Assembly (NCBI GenBank): GCA_028820695.1
Contig: JAPPIB010000055.1
Location: forward strand, 128,015 to 192,014
DNA from: Acidiferrobacterales bacterium
GTDB taxonomy: Bacteria > Pseudomonadota > Gammaproteobacteria > Arenicellales > JAJDZL01
Direction of reading: 5' to 3'
Length of the DNA stretch: 64,000 bases
Shown here: positions 1-10,581 of the stretch, in pieces
How the letters are laid out: every line of letters starts with the position of its first letter
How positions within the stretch are numbered: position 1 is the stretch's first letter
Translations under genes and position numbers: made by a program
The notes under the pieces: generated by a model
Told to the model about the DNA's origin: nothing
Databases searched by the model: none
The model's input: only the letters and a program-made list of their open reading frames with translations

Positions 1-630
1 CCGACGAAAGCCGGCGGCGCGATAGTCCCACCATGAGTAACTTTCAGCAGGTTGGTCAAAATCGCGGAATGCATCGGTCAGTCCGAGGTCGACAAGTTGT
101 CGCAAACAATCCCGTTCCGCCTTGCTGCATAGAATTTTGTCCTTCCACAATTGCGGATCGTGAACATCCTCATCTGCGGGGGCGATGTTGAAGTCCCCGG
201 TCACGACGAGCTTGTCATGACGGGACAGTTCCTGTTCGACGAACGCCGCAAGATGGCTGAACCATTCCAGTTTGTAGAAGTATTTGGGATCGTCAACCTG
301 TTTTCCATTTGGTACGTACACGTTGATGACGCGAACCCCGTTCGCGGTCACCGAGACCACTCGCTTTTGGGGATCGTCATAACCCGGCAGACCAAATACC
401 ACATCCTCGACCTCGCCCCGCACCAGTGTCGCCACACCGTTATAGGTCTTCTGTCCGGAAAAACATGAGGTGAACCCGATTTCCGAAAGTGCTTCCTGCG
501 GAAAGTTCTCATCTATGGTTTTGGTCTCCTGAAGACAAACCACATCAGGCTGATGCTCGAGGCACCAGTCGCTGACGTGGGTCAGTCGAACTTTCAGGGA
601 ATTCACGTTCCAGGTGGCTAGCTTAAGCAC
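1..630 (-). CDS. xthA: exodeoxyribonuclease III, N-terminal ~210 codons (C-terminus lies beyond the window start)
   Basis: Absent from the ORF track because it runs off the window. The reverse complement from 630 reads (GTG)LKLATWNVNSLKVRLTHVSDWCLEHQPDVVCLQETK...TGDFNIAP..., the canonical ExoIII/XthA N-terminus and metal-site motifs. Confidence 0.8.
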   Translation of the reverse strand, partial: MLKLATWNVNSLKVRLTHVSDWCLEHQPDVVCLQETKTIDENFPQEALSEIGFTSCFSGQKTYNGVATLVRGEVEDVVFGLPGYDDPQKRVVSVTANGVRVINVYVPNGKQVDDPKYFYKLEWFSHLAAFVEQELSRHDKLVVTGDFNIAPADEDVHDPQLWKDKILCSKAERDCLRQLVDLGLTDAFRDFDQPAESYSWWDYRAAGFRR

Positions 631-1131
631 TGTATCTTTCCGGTCATGTCTCAAGGTGTCAGACGACGGGGTTTTTGATATGCAAAGTGGGTACCATGAT
701 ACCAGCACACCTCGCAGGACGCGATTCGATGACCGACGCGCGCCGCCTTATCCCGGTGTGGATATTTTGCCTGGGCGGTACCATGTCGTCCGGCCCGGAA
801 AGGCCCCGACGGTCTCGGGAGTGCAAGAGTACCGACGTTATAATGGGTCTGGAAAAGACAAGCAGATGCATTTGACATTATCTGACTTGCTTGCGAGCCC
901 GATTGCCGCTGGCAAAAAAGGTCAGATATCCGCCTCTGCATGAACAGCTGACTCGGTCAGAAATCGTCAAGCATTTCAACTTGGATGCATGTGATATGCT
1001 GCCCGATGGCAGGAGAAGGTGACGGTTGGGACGAACTGGAGGATAGTCTTCGAACCGAACTCGAAGCTGATTCGATTAAAGCGTACCATGGCTCTGTGCC
1101 TTAACCATTTGAATTAGGAGAACAGCGACGC

Positions 1132-1353
1132 GTGGCTGTAAAAATCATCGACAGCAGAGGTATCGAAAGTCTGAAACCTATCGATGAGCAGACTGTTTCG
1201 AGTGCCCCGAGAGATATCCGTTCCTCAGAACACAGCTTTGAAGAAAGGATTGCGAGGATTGCAAGTGAGGTTCCCGATGAGCAATGGGCGAAACTCCCGT
1301 CAGACCAGATTGAAAATCTTGATTATTATCTCTACGAAAAAGAACATGAATGA
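1132..1353 (+). CDS. small hypothetical protein (73 aa), possibly antitoxin-like
   Basis: GTG start with AGGAG about 11 nt upstream. The acidic tail ...VPDEQWAKLPSDQIENLDYYLYEKEHE resembles tails I recall from small addiction-module-type proteins (recollection only). An AT-rich perfect hairpin (atgaaataa/ttatttcat) overlaps the stop. No partner toxin is adjacent. Confidence 0.45.
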   Translation: MAVKIIDSRGIESLKPIDEQTVSSAPRDIRSSEHSFEERIARIASEVPDEQWAKLPSDQIENLDYYLYEKEHE

Positions 1354-1440
1354 AATAAAGGTATTTATTTCATGTGGAGTGGCGGCGTAATTTATACTAA
1401 TCGCCGAATTGCCCACAGGCAGATTTCACATGTTGATCGT

Positions 1441-1517
1441 GGCTATGTAGCTCAGCAGGTTAGAGCACGGCACTCATAATGCCGGGGTCGGTGGTTCGAG
1501 TCCACCCATAGCCACCA
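1441..1517 (+). tRNA. tRNA-Met (CAT anticodon, elongator-like), CCA encoded
   Basis: ggctatgtagctcagcaggttagagcacggcactCATaatgccggggtcggtggttcgagtccacccatagccacca. It has the cloverleaf arms, a T-loop GGTTCGAGTCC and anticodon loop ctCATaa. A lysidine-modified tRNA-Ile2 cannot be excluded from sequence alone. Confidence 0.92.
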
Positions 1518-1552
1518 CACAGTGACCTCATTGTCGCGGCAGTTCGAGTGGA

Positions 1553-2785
1553 CTACGATCTCGCTTCTTTCAGGTGCTCGCGATAATCGTTCCGCTCAAT
1601 CGTGAGCCCGACCGCCAACCCTGCCATCAACCCCCAGAACGGTGCGCCGATATTCCAGATCGTTATGTCGGATATCGTTACGATCAGTGCGACCAGGGCA
1701 CCCATCTGAAACCTTCCGGAAAACGCGGTTACAAACGACTTTAGAAGGACCGGCAGCAACGCCAGCCCACTCAGAACAGCGATAAACTCCGTCGGCAGTT
1801 TCAGGATCAGCCATGTGGCGCCGAACGCCATAAGGCCAAAGGCAATGCTCATCATGCCGAACAGCACGCCTGCGGTGTACTGTCTTGCCGGTTCACCGCC
1901 GCTCACCAGTACAGCATTGGCAGGTCCTGTCACACAGGCGGATACGGACCCGAACACCGCGTTCACCAATGATCCCGCGCCACAGGCCGTCGTCATCGAA
2001 TTCACCGGCGGCGCGTGACCGCTGGCGGTCAGAACCGCAAACCCCTGGGCGTTCTGCGCCACCAGCACTGTGACCGCGAGCGGAATCACAAGCTCGAACA
2101 ACGCCTGTTGCGAAAATTCAGGTGTGTGCACCACCGGCCAGTCGAACCATCGGATGACCTGCTCGCCCTCAAAGTTGCCGGTTGCCAAGACAACCACAAC
2201 TCCCCCGGCCAGGGCCGCAACGACCGGAGGACACACAGCGGTCAATTGAGGGATCGTCAAAACTGCGAAGTAGGCGATGACCATGACCGCCGCGAGCAGC
2301 AATTCGTTTTCAAACGCCAACACCAGATCGAGCCCGAATTGGAGAAATATCCCGGCAACCATGGCCAATACAATGGGCATCGGAGTGTACTTAAGCGCTT
2401 TGCGCACGCCGCCCGACAATCCAATAGCCCCCACGAGAACTCCAGTTACCCAGAACGCACCGATCACTTCCGCAAAACTCAGGTGATCCAACGAAGATCC
2501 GAGCAGGACAGAACCCGGAATCGTCCAGGCAAAACTCAAAGGCTGTTTGTATGCAATTGAGAATAGGATCGTCAGTACACCGCCTACGAACGAACCCGCA
2601 AAGATCCACGATGCGATCTCGGCTTGTGACAGCCCGCCTGCAAGGCCGACCGATACAATGATTGCGACAGGCCCGGTGCACGAAAACAGAATTGCGACAA
2701 TAGCATTTGCCGCGTAGACCGTGCCAATGTCGCGGAAAAAATTGCTGATGCCGACAACAGGTCGCCGAATCGGTTCCAGAATCAT
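1553..2785 (-). CDS. benE: BenE-family benzoate/H+ symporter-like membrane protein
   Basis: 410-aa polytopic protein. ...YKQPLSFAWTIPGSVLL... and the overall hydrophobic pattern match the benzoate membrane transport protein family (recognised by eye). Confidence 0.75.
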   Translation of the reverse strand: MILEPIRRPVVGISNFFRDIGTVYAANAIVAILFSCTGPVAIIVSVGLAGGLSQAEIASWIFAGSFVGGVLTILFSIAYKQPLSFAWTIPGSVLLGSSLDHLSFAEVIGAFWVTGVLVGAIGLSGGVRKALKYTPMPIVLAMVAGIFLQFGLDLVLAFENELLLAAVMVIAYFAVLTIPQLTAVCPPVVAALAGGVVVVLATGNFEGEQVIRWFDWPVVHTPEFSQQALFELVIPLAVTVLVAQNAQGFAVLTASGHAPPVNSMTTACGAGSLVNAVFGSVSACVTGPANAVLVSGGEPARQYTAGVLFGMMSIAFGLMAFGATWLILKLPTEFIAVLSGLALLPVLLKSFVTAFSGRFQMGALVALIVTISDITIWNIGAPFWGLMAGLAVGLTIERNDYREHLKEARS

Positions 2786-3257
2786 TGAGCTTGCTGTGTC
2801 CTGGACTTTGGCAGGCCCGCGGCCACCGATGGTTTCCGGGCTCTGCCCGGATCGGACAATTGGCTGTTGCAGGGACTTCGTTTATCCATTCCGATATCGT
2901 CGAAAACGCTGATCCGCTAAGAATGCAAGTGAACAGTGTTGAACAGATGCAGGCGCGCAGTCACCTTGTACCAGTCTCAAACCGGCAACCCATGACCGTA
3001 ATCCAACAATTTTACAGGCAGTTTTGATTTACTTGATAAAATTAGGTCGCTTTCAGACGTCGCGCAATCCAACGCATTGACGTTATGGGACTTGACTGCG
3101 TTCAATCGCACATTCAATGAGAATCAAGACAGGACCGAACCGTTCCCGAATCGACGATTGCTGCCATGTGTCGTATCACCGCCATTCACCGCCAATGCGT
3201 CTGTAATCCGCAAACCTGCCCTGCTGCCTATCGTCCGGGCATTATCCAGGAAGTAAC

Positions 3258-4445
3258 TTGTACTTCACAGGCCTGACAGAGCGTGTCGGCGGCAAGGGCT
3301 CGGACGCGTGGGAGGTTCACTATGCGGCGATCGAGCGTCAGCGCCAAGGTGCCGACATCGTCATACTCTCGATTGGTCAGGAAATGATCGAGAGCACACC
3401 CGACGTTATCGTCGAAGCCTGTTACTCGAGCCTCAAGCGCGGTCGACACCACTATAGCGAAATTGGCGGCGAGCCGGATTTGAGAGAGGCTATCGCAAAG
3501 CGATTTTCCGACGAATCCGGCCTGACAGTTTCTGCTGCCAACTGTGCGGTTCTCGCAGGTGCGCAGAATGCACTTTTTGCTGCCTCACTGTGCACTCTTC
3601 AGCACGGCGATGAGGCAATCATCATGGAGCCATACTACGCCACTTATCCGGCAACATTCTCAGTGGGCGGCGCCGACGTCACCTCAATCAATACCAGAGC
3701 CGAAGATGACTTCATGCCAAGGATTGACGAGGTGGAGAAGAGCATTTCGAAACGGACGCGCGTCATCGTTGTCAACTCGCCGCACAATCCATCCGGGGTG
3801 GTCTATGACCAAGACTTCATGCAGGCCATGGTCGACATTTGCCGGTCGCGCAACATCTGGCTCATCAGCGATGAGGTCTACAGCTGTCTCCTGCCGCCCG
3901 GCTCGCATCACAGTCCTGCCACGCTGCCCGATGCGTTTGACTGCTGCATCACTGTGTCCAGCCTATCGAAGTCCCACCGGATGACCGGGTGGCGACTCGG
4001 CTGGATCATCGCGTCAGAGCCTGTCATAGAAAAGGTTTTCAATCTGTCAACGTGCATGAGTTACGGGTTGCCGATGTTCATCCAGGATGCGTCGGTCACC
4101 GCGTTGGAGCACACAGACCGTATAGCCAATGCAGTGCGCGATGAGATAGACCGGAAGAGAAATATGGTCATTTCCCGCCTGGGTCAGATCGATGGGATCA
4201 ACATCCGCGGTTCAAGATATGGCATGTTCGTCATTTTTGAGGTCAGGGACTTGGGTATTTCCGGCATTGATTTTGCTTGGCGCCTATTGGACGAATATCA
4301 GGTTGCCGCCCTACCTTGCGATGCCTTCGGCGCAAGTGCTGAAGGCCTGATCAGGATCAATATCGGCGAGTCGGAATCAAATCTGCTGACGGCCTGTGAA
4401 CGCATCCGTACCCTGGCACAATCCCTGAACAGCGGTAGCCGATGA
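3258..4445 (+). CDS. pyridoxal-phosphate-dependent aminotransferase (class I/II, AspAT-like)
   Basis: 395 aa with a TTG start. SLSKSHRMTGWRLGW contains the PLP-lysine motif (SxSK..MTGWRxG), and NSPHNPSG is the conserved N-P motif. Confidence 0.85.
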   Translation: MYFTGLTERVGGKGSDAWEVHYAAIERQRQGADIVILSIGQEMIESTPDVIVEACYSSLKRGRHHYSEIGGEPDLREAIAKRFSDESGLTVSAANCAVLAGAQNALFAASLCTLQHGDEAIIMEPYYATYPATFSVGGADVTSINTRAEDDFMPRIDEVEKSISKRTRVIVVNSPHNPSGVVYDQDFMQAMVDICRSRNIWLISDEVYSCLLPPGSHHSPATLPDAFDCCITVSSLSKSHRMTGWRLGWIIASEPVIEKVFNLSTCMSYGLPMFIQDASVTALEHTDRIANAVRDEIDRKRNMVISRLGQIDGINIRGSRYGMFVIFEVRDLGISGIDFAWRLLDEYQVAALPCDAFGASAEGLIRINIGESESNLLTACERIRTLAQSLNSGSR

Positions 4446-4606
4446 GCGAATCATCATCGCCTTGAAATAATTCCATTCAGCGCAATATTAGTATCAGTGA
4501 GCGGATCACGGATCCCCTGACGTGTGCAATATTATTGTCGTAATTTTAGAAATTGTGAAATAATATTTGCCCGTACAATGCCAACAACCGAATTGATAAA
4601 ACGATC

Positions 4607-5806
4607 ATGCTAACTGCACCGCCATTCAATCCTGAATTGGAAGTGTTTCGCCGCACCGTCCGCGAGTTCATTCAGGAAAATCTGCCGCAGCGCACCCGAA
4701 AGATGGTGGCGGCAGAGCAGATGGATCTCCCCAAGGAGGTACAGGCACAATGGCACAGGATCCTGCGGGACCGGGGCGGTTGGTGCTGCCCCTCTTGGCC
4801 TTCGCAGTACGGCGGGCCGCAGTGGAGCGATGCGCAGCAGTATATTTTCGAGCAGGAACTGGCGCTGAACGATGCGCCGCGGCTGATGATCTACGGCGTC
4901 GGCATGCTGGGTCCAACGTTGTTCAGGTACGGCAGTGAGTCCCAGAAGGAAACAATACTGCCGGACATTCTTGATGCCAATACTTTCTGGTGTCAGGGTT
5001 TCTCCGAACCGAATTCCGGATCAGATCTCGCTTCACTGAAGTGCGACGCGCAGCGTGTCGGTGATGAATACATCATCAACGGTTCAAAGATCTGGACCAG
5101 CGAGGCACATATCGCGGATTGGATATTCGGTCTTTTTCGTACGGGTAAGGGGGACCGCAAGCAGCAGGGCATCACGTTTTTGATGATTGACCTGTCGAGC
5201 TCGGGAATTACCGTTGATCCGCTTTTGTTGTTTGAGGGAACACACGAAGTCAATCAGGTACACTTCGAAGATGTCCGGGTTGCGGTGGAAAATCGGGTCG
5301 GTGCGCAGGACCACGGTTGGGAGATCGGAAAATATCTTCTTGGTCTCGAGCGTTTCGGAACCGCTGAGGTGTCACGCACCAAAGCCAGTCTTGAGCGGTT
5401 GCGGCGAATCGCCCACTCAGAAGTGCCCGGCGGCTCGCGACTGATTGACAATCCATCGTTCGCCGAACAGTTCGACCGGCTGGAGATTTCCCTGCATGCA
5501 CTTGAGATGACCGAACGCAGATTCCTGCTCGCCGAGAACGCGACACAGTCTTTCGGTGCTGAAGCCTCCATGCTCAAGGTGCGCGGGACCGAAATCCAAT
5601 GTGATGTGTTTCGCCTGACGGCTTTGGCCGGTGCCCACTATTCGCAGCTTGATCTGTCCCGCGATCAGATTGACGTCGAAACGGATTCTCCCTATGCACC
5701 CGGCAACGCCACCAGGAATTACTTCAACTATCGGAAAACACCGATTTATTCAGGATCAAATGAGATCCAACGCAATATCGTCGCCAAGGCGGCACTGGGA
5801 CTGTAG
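4607..5806 (+). CDS. acyl-CoA dehydrogenase, PimC-like large subunit
   Basis: 399 aa. FWCQGFSEPNSGSDLASLK and YGGPQWS match the ACAD family. It strongly resembles pimeloyl-CoA dehydrogenase large-subunit type proteins and is followed 3 nt later by a second ACAD. Confidence 0.85.
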   Translation: MLTAPPFNPELEVFRRTVREFIQENLPQRTRKMVAAEQMDLPKEVQAQWHRILRDRGGWCCPSWPSQYGGPQWSDAQQYIFEQELALNDAPRLMIYGVGMLGPTLFRYGSESQKETILPDILDANTFWCQGFSEPNSGSDLASLKCDAQRVGDEYIINGSKIWTSEAHIADWIFGLFRTGKGDRKQQGITFLMIDLSSSGITVDPLLLFEGTHEVNQVHFEDVRVAVENRVGAQDHGWEIGKYLLGLERFGTAEVSRTKASLERLRRIAHSEVPGGSRLIDNPSFAEQFDRLEISLHALEMTERRFLLAENATQSFGAEASMLKVRGTEIQCDVFRLTALAGAHYSQLDLSRDQIDVETDSPYAPGNATRNYFNYRKTPIYSGSNEIQRNIVAKAALGL

Positions 5807-5808
5807 CC

Positions 5809-6984
5809 GTGAATCAGGGAGCGATTTCCGAACAGTGTAATCTGATCGAGCACATGGCGATGCGATTTCTCGACAAGAATTATCCATTTGCCGTTCGCCA
5901 GAAACTGATCGGTTCAGCATCCGGGTTTTGCCGCGATCAGTGGCAGGAGACCGCTGAGCTCGGCTGGATGCATCTGCCTGTTGCGGAACCTATTGGCGAC
6001 AATGGTGGTGTTGCCGACTTCGTCGCGGTCCTGATGCGGGTATTCGGCCAGCACAACTATCAAAGTCCGTACTTTGCCAGTGCGGTGGTGGCGGCGAAGA
6101 TCATCGAAGCGATGGCTGAAGGTGCTGTACGGACCGATTTTCTGAATCAGATTGCCGATGGCACGTCGATCGTGTCGGCCGCATTGTATGAAAAGCAATC
6201 CAGGTTTGACCTGTGCAATGTCCTGACATCGGCGACTGAATCGGCTGACGGCTATATGTTGCAGGGTTCGAAAGTTGGTGTGCAGTACGGAAATGTCGCC
6301 ACACACCTGCTGATTCTGGCCCGGACTGAAGCCAGCCGGCCCTATTGTGAGGGATTGTCGATGTTCCTGGTGCCGAAGGACCTCGAGGGCATCAGCCTTG
6401 ATCATCATCGTACCCATGACGGCGGACGGGTCTCCATTGTTCATCTGAATAATGTCGCCACAGCGCATGACAGTCTGATCGGATCCAGGGATCTGGCGCT
6501 GGCGGAATTGCGCCAGGCCCTGAACTTCGCCCTCGCCATGGTCTGCGCCGAGATGGTTGGTGTGATGGATTCGACATTCACCGCGGTGTTGGAATTCGTC
6601 AAGACCCGCAGCCAGTTTGGCAGTCGTATCGGATCTTTCCAGGCCATCCAGCACCGGCTGGTCGACATGTACACGCGCTGCGAACTGGCATCTTCCATGG
6701 GCACGGAGGCAATAAGGGCAGTCAATGATCTTGCCGGTCCGGATCAGGATCGGCTGATCGCCGCCGCCAAGGCGGAGGTCGGCAGGCTGGCGACTGTGAA
6801 TGCCGAGGAGGCGGTTCATCTGCATGGCGCGATGGGAATGATGGATGAAATGCCAGTGGGCCATTTTCTCAAGCGAGTTTTTGCGCTCAATGGTCTATAT
6901 GGAGATGCTGAATATCATCAGGGTCGCTATCGCCAACTCAGCCAGGATCAGTGGATCCAGCGTGCATTGCCGGGCGTAAGATAA
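5809..6984 (+). CDS. acyl-CoA dehydrogenase, PimD-like small subunit
   Basis: 391 aa with the ACAD C-terminal pattern (...FGSRIGSFQAIQHRLVDM...HLHGAMGMMDE). It is tightly coupled to the upstream ACAD. Confidence 0.8.
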   Translation: MNQGAISEQCNLIEHMAMRFLDKNYPFAVRQKLIGSASGFCRDQWQETAELGWMHLPVAEPIGDNGGVADFVAVLMRVFGQHNYQSPYFASAVVAAKIIEAMAEGAVRTDFLNQIADGTSIVSAALYEKQSRFDLCNVLTSATESADGYMLQGSKVGVQYGNVATHLLILARTEASRPYCEGLSMFLVPKDLEGISLDHHRTHDGGRVSIVHLNNVATAHDSLIGSRDLALAELRQALNFALAMVCAEMVGVMDSTFTAVLEFVKTRSQFGSRIGSFQAIQHRLVDMYTRCELASSMGTEAIRAVNDLAGPDQDRLIAAAKAEVGRLATVNAEEAVHLHGAMGMMDEMPVGHFLKRVFALNGLYGDAEYHQGRYRQLSQDQWIQRALPGVR

Positions 6985-7011
6985 CTTCGAAAATAAAACT
7001 GTGAGACGTCA

Positions 7012-7923
7012 ATGAAGTACGAAAACATATTGCAGACCGTCGGTAATACACCGGTCGTGCGATTGAACAAGTCATCGGCACCGGCTGATGTGGATGTCTG
7101 GGTCAAGATCGAGAGTTTCAATCCTGCAGGTTCTGTCAAGGACCGCCCGGCGCTGAATATGATCGAGGACGCAGAAGAACAAGGGCTTATCAAACCCGGT
7201 GACACGATAATCGAACCGACCTCCGGCAATACCGGTATCGGTTTAGCCATGGTGGCAGCCTACAAGGGATATCGAGCGATATTTACCATGGCGGAAGACA
7301 TGAGTGAGGAGCGAAAGAGAATCCTGACCTCATACGGAGCCGAGATCATATTGACACCGGCTGACAAAGGGACCAAGGGTGCGATAGAAAAAGCAAGGGA
7401 ACTGGAAGAACAGGAAGGCTATTTTTTCGTCGGTCAGCATTTCAATCCCGCCAATCCGCAATCGCACCAGTCGACGGCAGATGAGATTTACGAGGACTTC
7501 GGCGATACACTGGACTATCTCGTGTGTACAACCGGCACCGGCGGTACGATCACCGGCATGAATCACTATCTCAGAAAGCGGATTGCGCACCTTCGGATCA
7601 TTGCGACCGAACCGGCCGATTCGCCAATTCTATCAAAGGGCATCGCGTGCAAGCACAAGATCATGGGTACAGCACCGGGGTTCATTCCGGACATTCTCGA
7701 CACAGACTCATACGATGAGATTCTTCCTGTGACGACCGAAGAGGCCTATCGGACAACACGCTATCTCGCCAGGGATGAAGGAATATTTTCAGGCATCTCG
7801 TCGGGTGCGGCAGTTTCCGGTATGCTGGAAGTGGCCAAACGGGCGGATAGTGCAGGCAAGACCCTGCTGGCGATTCTACCGGACACCGGCGAGCGTTATC
7901 TCAGTACTGATGTCTGGGCGTGA
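7012..7923 (+). CDS. cysK: cysteine synthase A (O-acetylserine sulfhydrylase)
   Basis: 303 aa. It has GNTPVVRL, NPAGSVKDRPA (PLP lysine), PTSGNTGIGLA, GTGGTITG and HKIMGTAPGFIP. Confidence 0.9.
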   Translation: MKYENILQTVGNTPVVRLNKSSAPADVDVWVKIESFNPAGSVKDRPALNMIEDAEEQGLIKPGDTIIEPTSGNTGIGLAMVAAYKGYRAIFTMAEDMSEERKRILTSYGAEIILTPADKGTKGAIEKARELEEQEGYFFVGQHFNPANPQSHQSTADEIYEDFGDTLDYLVCTTGTGGTITGMNHYLRKRIAHLRIIATEPADSPILSKGIACKHKIMGTAPGFIPDILDTDSYDEILPVTTEEAYRTTRYLARDEGIFSGISSGAAVSGMLEVAKRADSAGKTLLAILPDTGERYLSTDVWA

Positions 7924-8235
7924 CATGAGTCGGGCTATGTTGTTGGCCGCTCATCGGTGATCTTTCTCATAGTCGATTGTGCGGACATCTCCCTGATCAA
8001 ATCCGACCGCGATGACACGATTCGTACCTGAGCGAAGTGATTGCATGAGAGATCGGCTGCGCCGATTCGGAATGGCACAACGGGTCTTTGAGTATTGGAG
8101 CACGGGAGTATGCTCGATGCCAGGCGCAATCGCAGTGAGTCAACTCTTTGCAGTCATTCGTTTACAATATGGCTGATGAACGCGGCTGCGCTCTCGGTTC
8201 CATAGTGCAGTATCGGATAGGCCTGTGAACGATCA

Positions 8236-9606
8236 TTGACATTGGTGAACAAGAAACTTTACATCAAGACATTCGGCTGCCAGATGAACGAATATGATTC
8301 GTCAAGACTGGCGCAGTCGCTCGCGGTCTCACATGGCTACCGGGAAACCGACACACCGGAAAATGCCGATCTGTTGCTTTTGAACACCTGCTCAGTGAGG
8401 GAGAAAGCGCAGGAAAAGGTTTTTTCGCTGCTCGGCCGTTGGCGACCATGGAAAGTCGACAATCCGGATATCGTAATCGGGGTGGGCGGTTGTGTCGCCA
8501 GCCAGGAAGGCGAAAACATCCTGAAAAAAGCCCCGTTTGTTGACTTCGTATTCGGACCGCAGACCTATCACCGGGTCAGTGAAATGCTGGACGAGACGAT
8601 TTCCGGGCGCAATCACAGCCTGGACATCACCTTTCCGGAGATTGAGAAATTCGACTGTCTGCCGCCGAGACGGGTCGATGGTCCCCGCGCTTTCGTGTCG
8701 ATCATGGAAGGCTGCAGCAAGTACTGCAGTTTTTGTGTGGTGCCCTACACCCGAGGGGAGGAATACAGCCGACCATTCGATAGCGTCATTACAGAAATCT
8801 ACGAGCTTGCCGAGCAGGGCGTGCGGGAAGTGACATTGCTTGGACAGAATGTCAACGCTTACCGCGCGAGCGGTCATATGAACCGGGAAGTGGACTTCGC
8901 CACCTTGCTGCGATATGTCAGTGAGATCGATGGCATTGGCCGGGTTCGGTATACAACCTCCCATCCACTGGAATTCACCGATGAGCTGGCGCAGGCGCAT
9001 CACGACCTTCAGTCGCTCGCAAGACATGTTCATCTGCCGGTACAGAGCGGCTCGAATAGCATCCTGACGAAAATGAAACGCAGATATACGCGCGAGCGCT
9101 ATCTTGACATCGTCGCCAACCTCCGCAGCCATTGTCCCGATATCAGCATCACATCGGACTTCATTGTTGGTTTCCCGGGAGAATCGGAGCAGGAATTTCA
9201 GGCGACCATGGATTTGGTTGATGAGGTTCGATTCGATCAGTCTTTCAGCTTCCTATACAGCAAACGCCCCGGCACACCGGCTGCACAGTTGCCTGACAAT
9301 ACGCCCATTGAGAAAAAGAAAGACCGCCTCTATCGCCTGCAAGATAAACTGAATGCCTATGCCGCCGAAGTCAGCGACGCCATGGTATCTTCAGTTCAGA
9401 CAGTTCTGGTTGAAGGGCCGTCAAAACGAAGACGCGGTCAGTTGTGCGGCCGTACCGAAAACAATCGGGTGGTTAACTTTGACGGGTCACCCGAGCTGGT
9501 CGGAGAATTCATCGATCTGCAAATTACTGAGACCATGCCAAACTCACTTCGCGGTGTTGCCGTTGCAACACACATTCAGGATTCACAAACTGCCCGAATT
9601 GGCTGA
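8236..9606 (+). CDS. miaB: tRNA (N6-isopentenyl-A37) methylthiotransferase
   Basis: [16 protein letters not shown], the radical-SAM motif [15 protein letters not shown] and a TRAM C-terminus. The true start may be the GTG at 8245 ([13 protein letters not shown]). Confidence 0.93.
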   Translation: MTLVNKKLYIKTFGCQMNEYDSSRLAQSLAVSHGYRETDTPENADLLLLNTCSVREKAQEKVFSLLGRWRPWKVDNPDIVIGVGGCVASQEGENILKKAPFVDFVFGPQTYHRVSEMLDETISGRNHSLDITFPEIEKFDCLPPRRVDGPRAFVSIMEGCSKYCSFCVVPYTRGEEYSRPFDSVITEIYELAEQGVREVTLLGQNVNAYRASGHMNREVDFATLLRYVSEIDGIGRVRYTTSHPLEFTDELAQAHHDLQSLARHVHLPVQSGSNSILTKMKRRYTRERYLDIVANLRSHCPDISITSDFIVGFPGESEQEFQATMDLVDEVRFDQSFSFLYSKRPGTPAAQLPDNTPIEKKKDRLYRLQDKLNAYAAEVSDAMVSSVQTVLVEGPSKRRRGQLCGRTENNRVVNFDGSPELVGEFIDLQITETMPNSLRGVAVATHIQDSQTARIG

Positions 9607-10579
9607 ACCATCAAACATTTCCCAGGTCGAGAACGTTCTCGTGCTGACCCCCGCCGATAGCCGGCGGCTGGCGAACCTTTGCGGGCAGTTCGATGCCAAT
9701 ATCAAATCGATCGAAGGGCATTTCAGCGTCCGGGTGTCAAATCGGGGAAATCTTTTCTATATCGAGGGCAACGAGAACTCGGTTCGTGATGTGGAATCGG
9801 TGCTTCGCGTGCTCTACGATGAGACCGGGAAGTCCGACCGTCTTGACTCCAACGACGTTCAGGGCGTGATTTCCCGTCTGAACCGGAGCCAGCCGGACAA
9901 TCAATCCTATTTCCTGAAAGTCAGGAAAAGTACCATTCGGGCATGGTCCGGCAATCAGGAAACCTATCTTCGCAGCATACAGAACAATACCATTACGATT
10001 GGTGTCGGCCCTGCCGGTACCGGCAAGACGTACCTGGCGGTTGCCAGTGCCGCACACGCACTGGCCAATGACACGGTCAGTCGAATTGTTCTTGTTCGAC
10101 CGGTTGTCGAAGCCGGTGAGCGCATTGGTTTTCTGCCCGGCGACATCGAAAAGAAAGTCAATCCTTACTTGCGTCCGCTCTATGATGCGTTATATGAGAT
10201 GTTGGGGTTTGACCGGGTTGGCCGGCTGCTGGAGCGAAGTACCATTGAGATCGCACCGTTGGCATTCATGCGGGGCAGAACCCTGAATGATGCGTTTATC
10301 ATTCTGGACGAGGCACAGAACACCACGGTCGCTCAGATGAAAATGTTCCTGACTCGCGTCGGATTCAATTCCCATGCGGTGATCTCAGGCGATATCACGC
10401 AGATCGACCTGCCCCACAGTACCCAGTCGGGTCTCAAACATGCTTTGCGAATCCTCAATGGGATAAAGGACATCTCCGTTGTCAGATTCAACAATTCTGA
10501 TATCGTTCGCCATCCCTTGGTACAGACCATTGTTGATGCCTATGAACGCGATTCCAGCCGCAAGGACGACGGTCGGTAA
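9599..10579 (+). CDS. ybeZ: PhoH-like ATPase (YbeZ)
   Basis: Walker [12 protein letters not shown], plus ILDEAQN and GDITQIDLP. The ORF-track start at 9353 overlaps miaB by about 250 nt. An in-frame TTG at 9599, just before the miaB stop, gives the usual ~326 aa. Confidence 0.88.
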   Translation: MAEPSNISQVENVLVLTPADSRRLANLCGQFDANIKSIEGHFSVRVSNRGNLFYIEGNENSVRDVESVLRVLYDETGKSDRLDSNDVQGVISRLNRSQPDNQSYFLKVRKSTIRAWSGNQETYLRSIQNNTITIGVGPAGTGKTYLAVASAAHALANDTVSRIVLVRPVVEAGERIGFLPGDIEKKVNPYLRPLYDALYEMLGFDRVGRLLERSTIEIAPLAFMRGRTLNDAFIILDEAQNTTVAQMKMFLTRVGFNSHAVISGDITQIDLPHSTQSGLKHALRILNGIKDISVVRFNNSDIVRHPLVQTIVDAYERDSSRKDDGR

Positions 10580-10581
10580 CA

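Noticed and set aside
614-943. A 109-aa plus-strand ORF and three overlapping ORFs next to xthA.
   Set aside because: None has an SD or protein-like composition, and they are mutually overlapping in several frames. The region is treated as non-coding (see the low-interest finding).
5914-6864. A 316-aa minus-strand ORF antisense to the second acyl-CoA dehydrogenase. Similar antisense ORFs occur at 8392-9132 (miaB), 12064-12888 (lnt), 16826-17428 (Enzyme I) and 19475-20272 (rpoN/hpf).
   Set aside because: All lie opposite genes with unambiguous family motifs and themselves look like non-coding translations.
9353-9598. An N-terminal extension of the PhoH ORF overlapping miaB by about 250 nt. 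Similar over-extended starts occur for rapZ (to 18896), the thiolase (to 43629), lptA (to 38500), ptsN (to 19377) and mlaF (from 38877).
   Set aside because: The extensions overlap well-supported neighbouring genes and add non-homologous sequence. Internal starts give family-typical N-termini.
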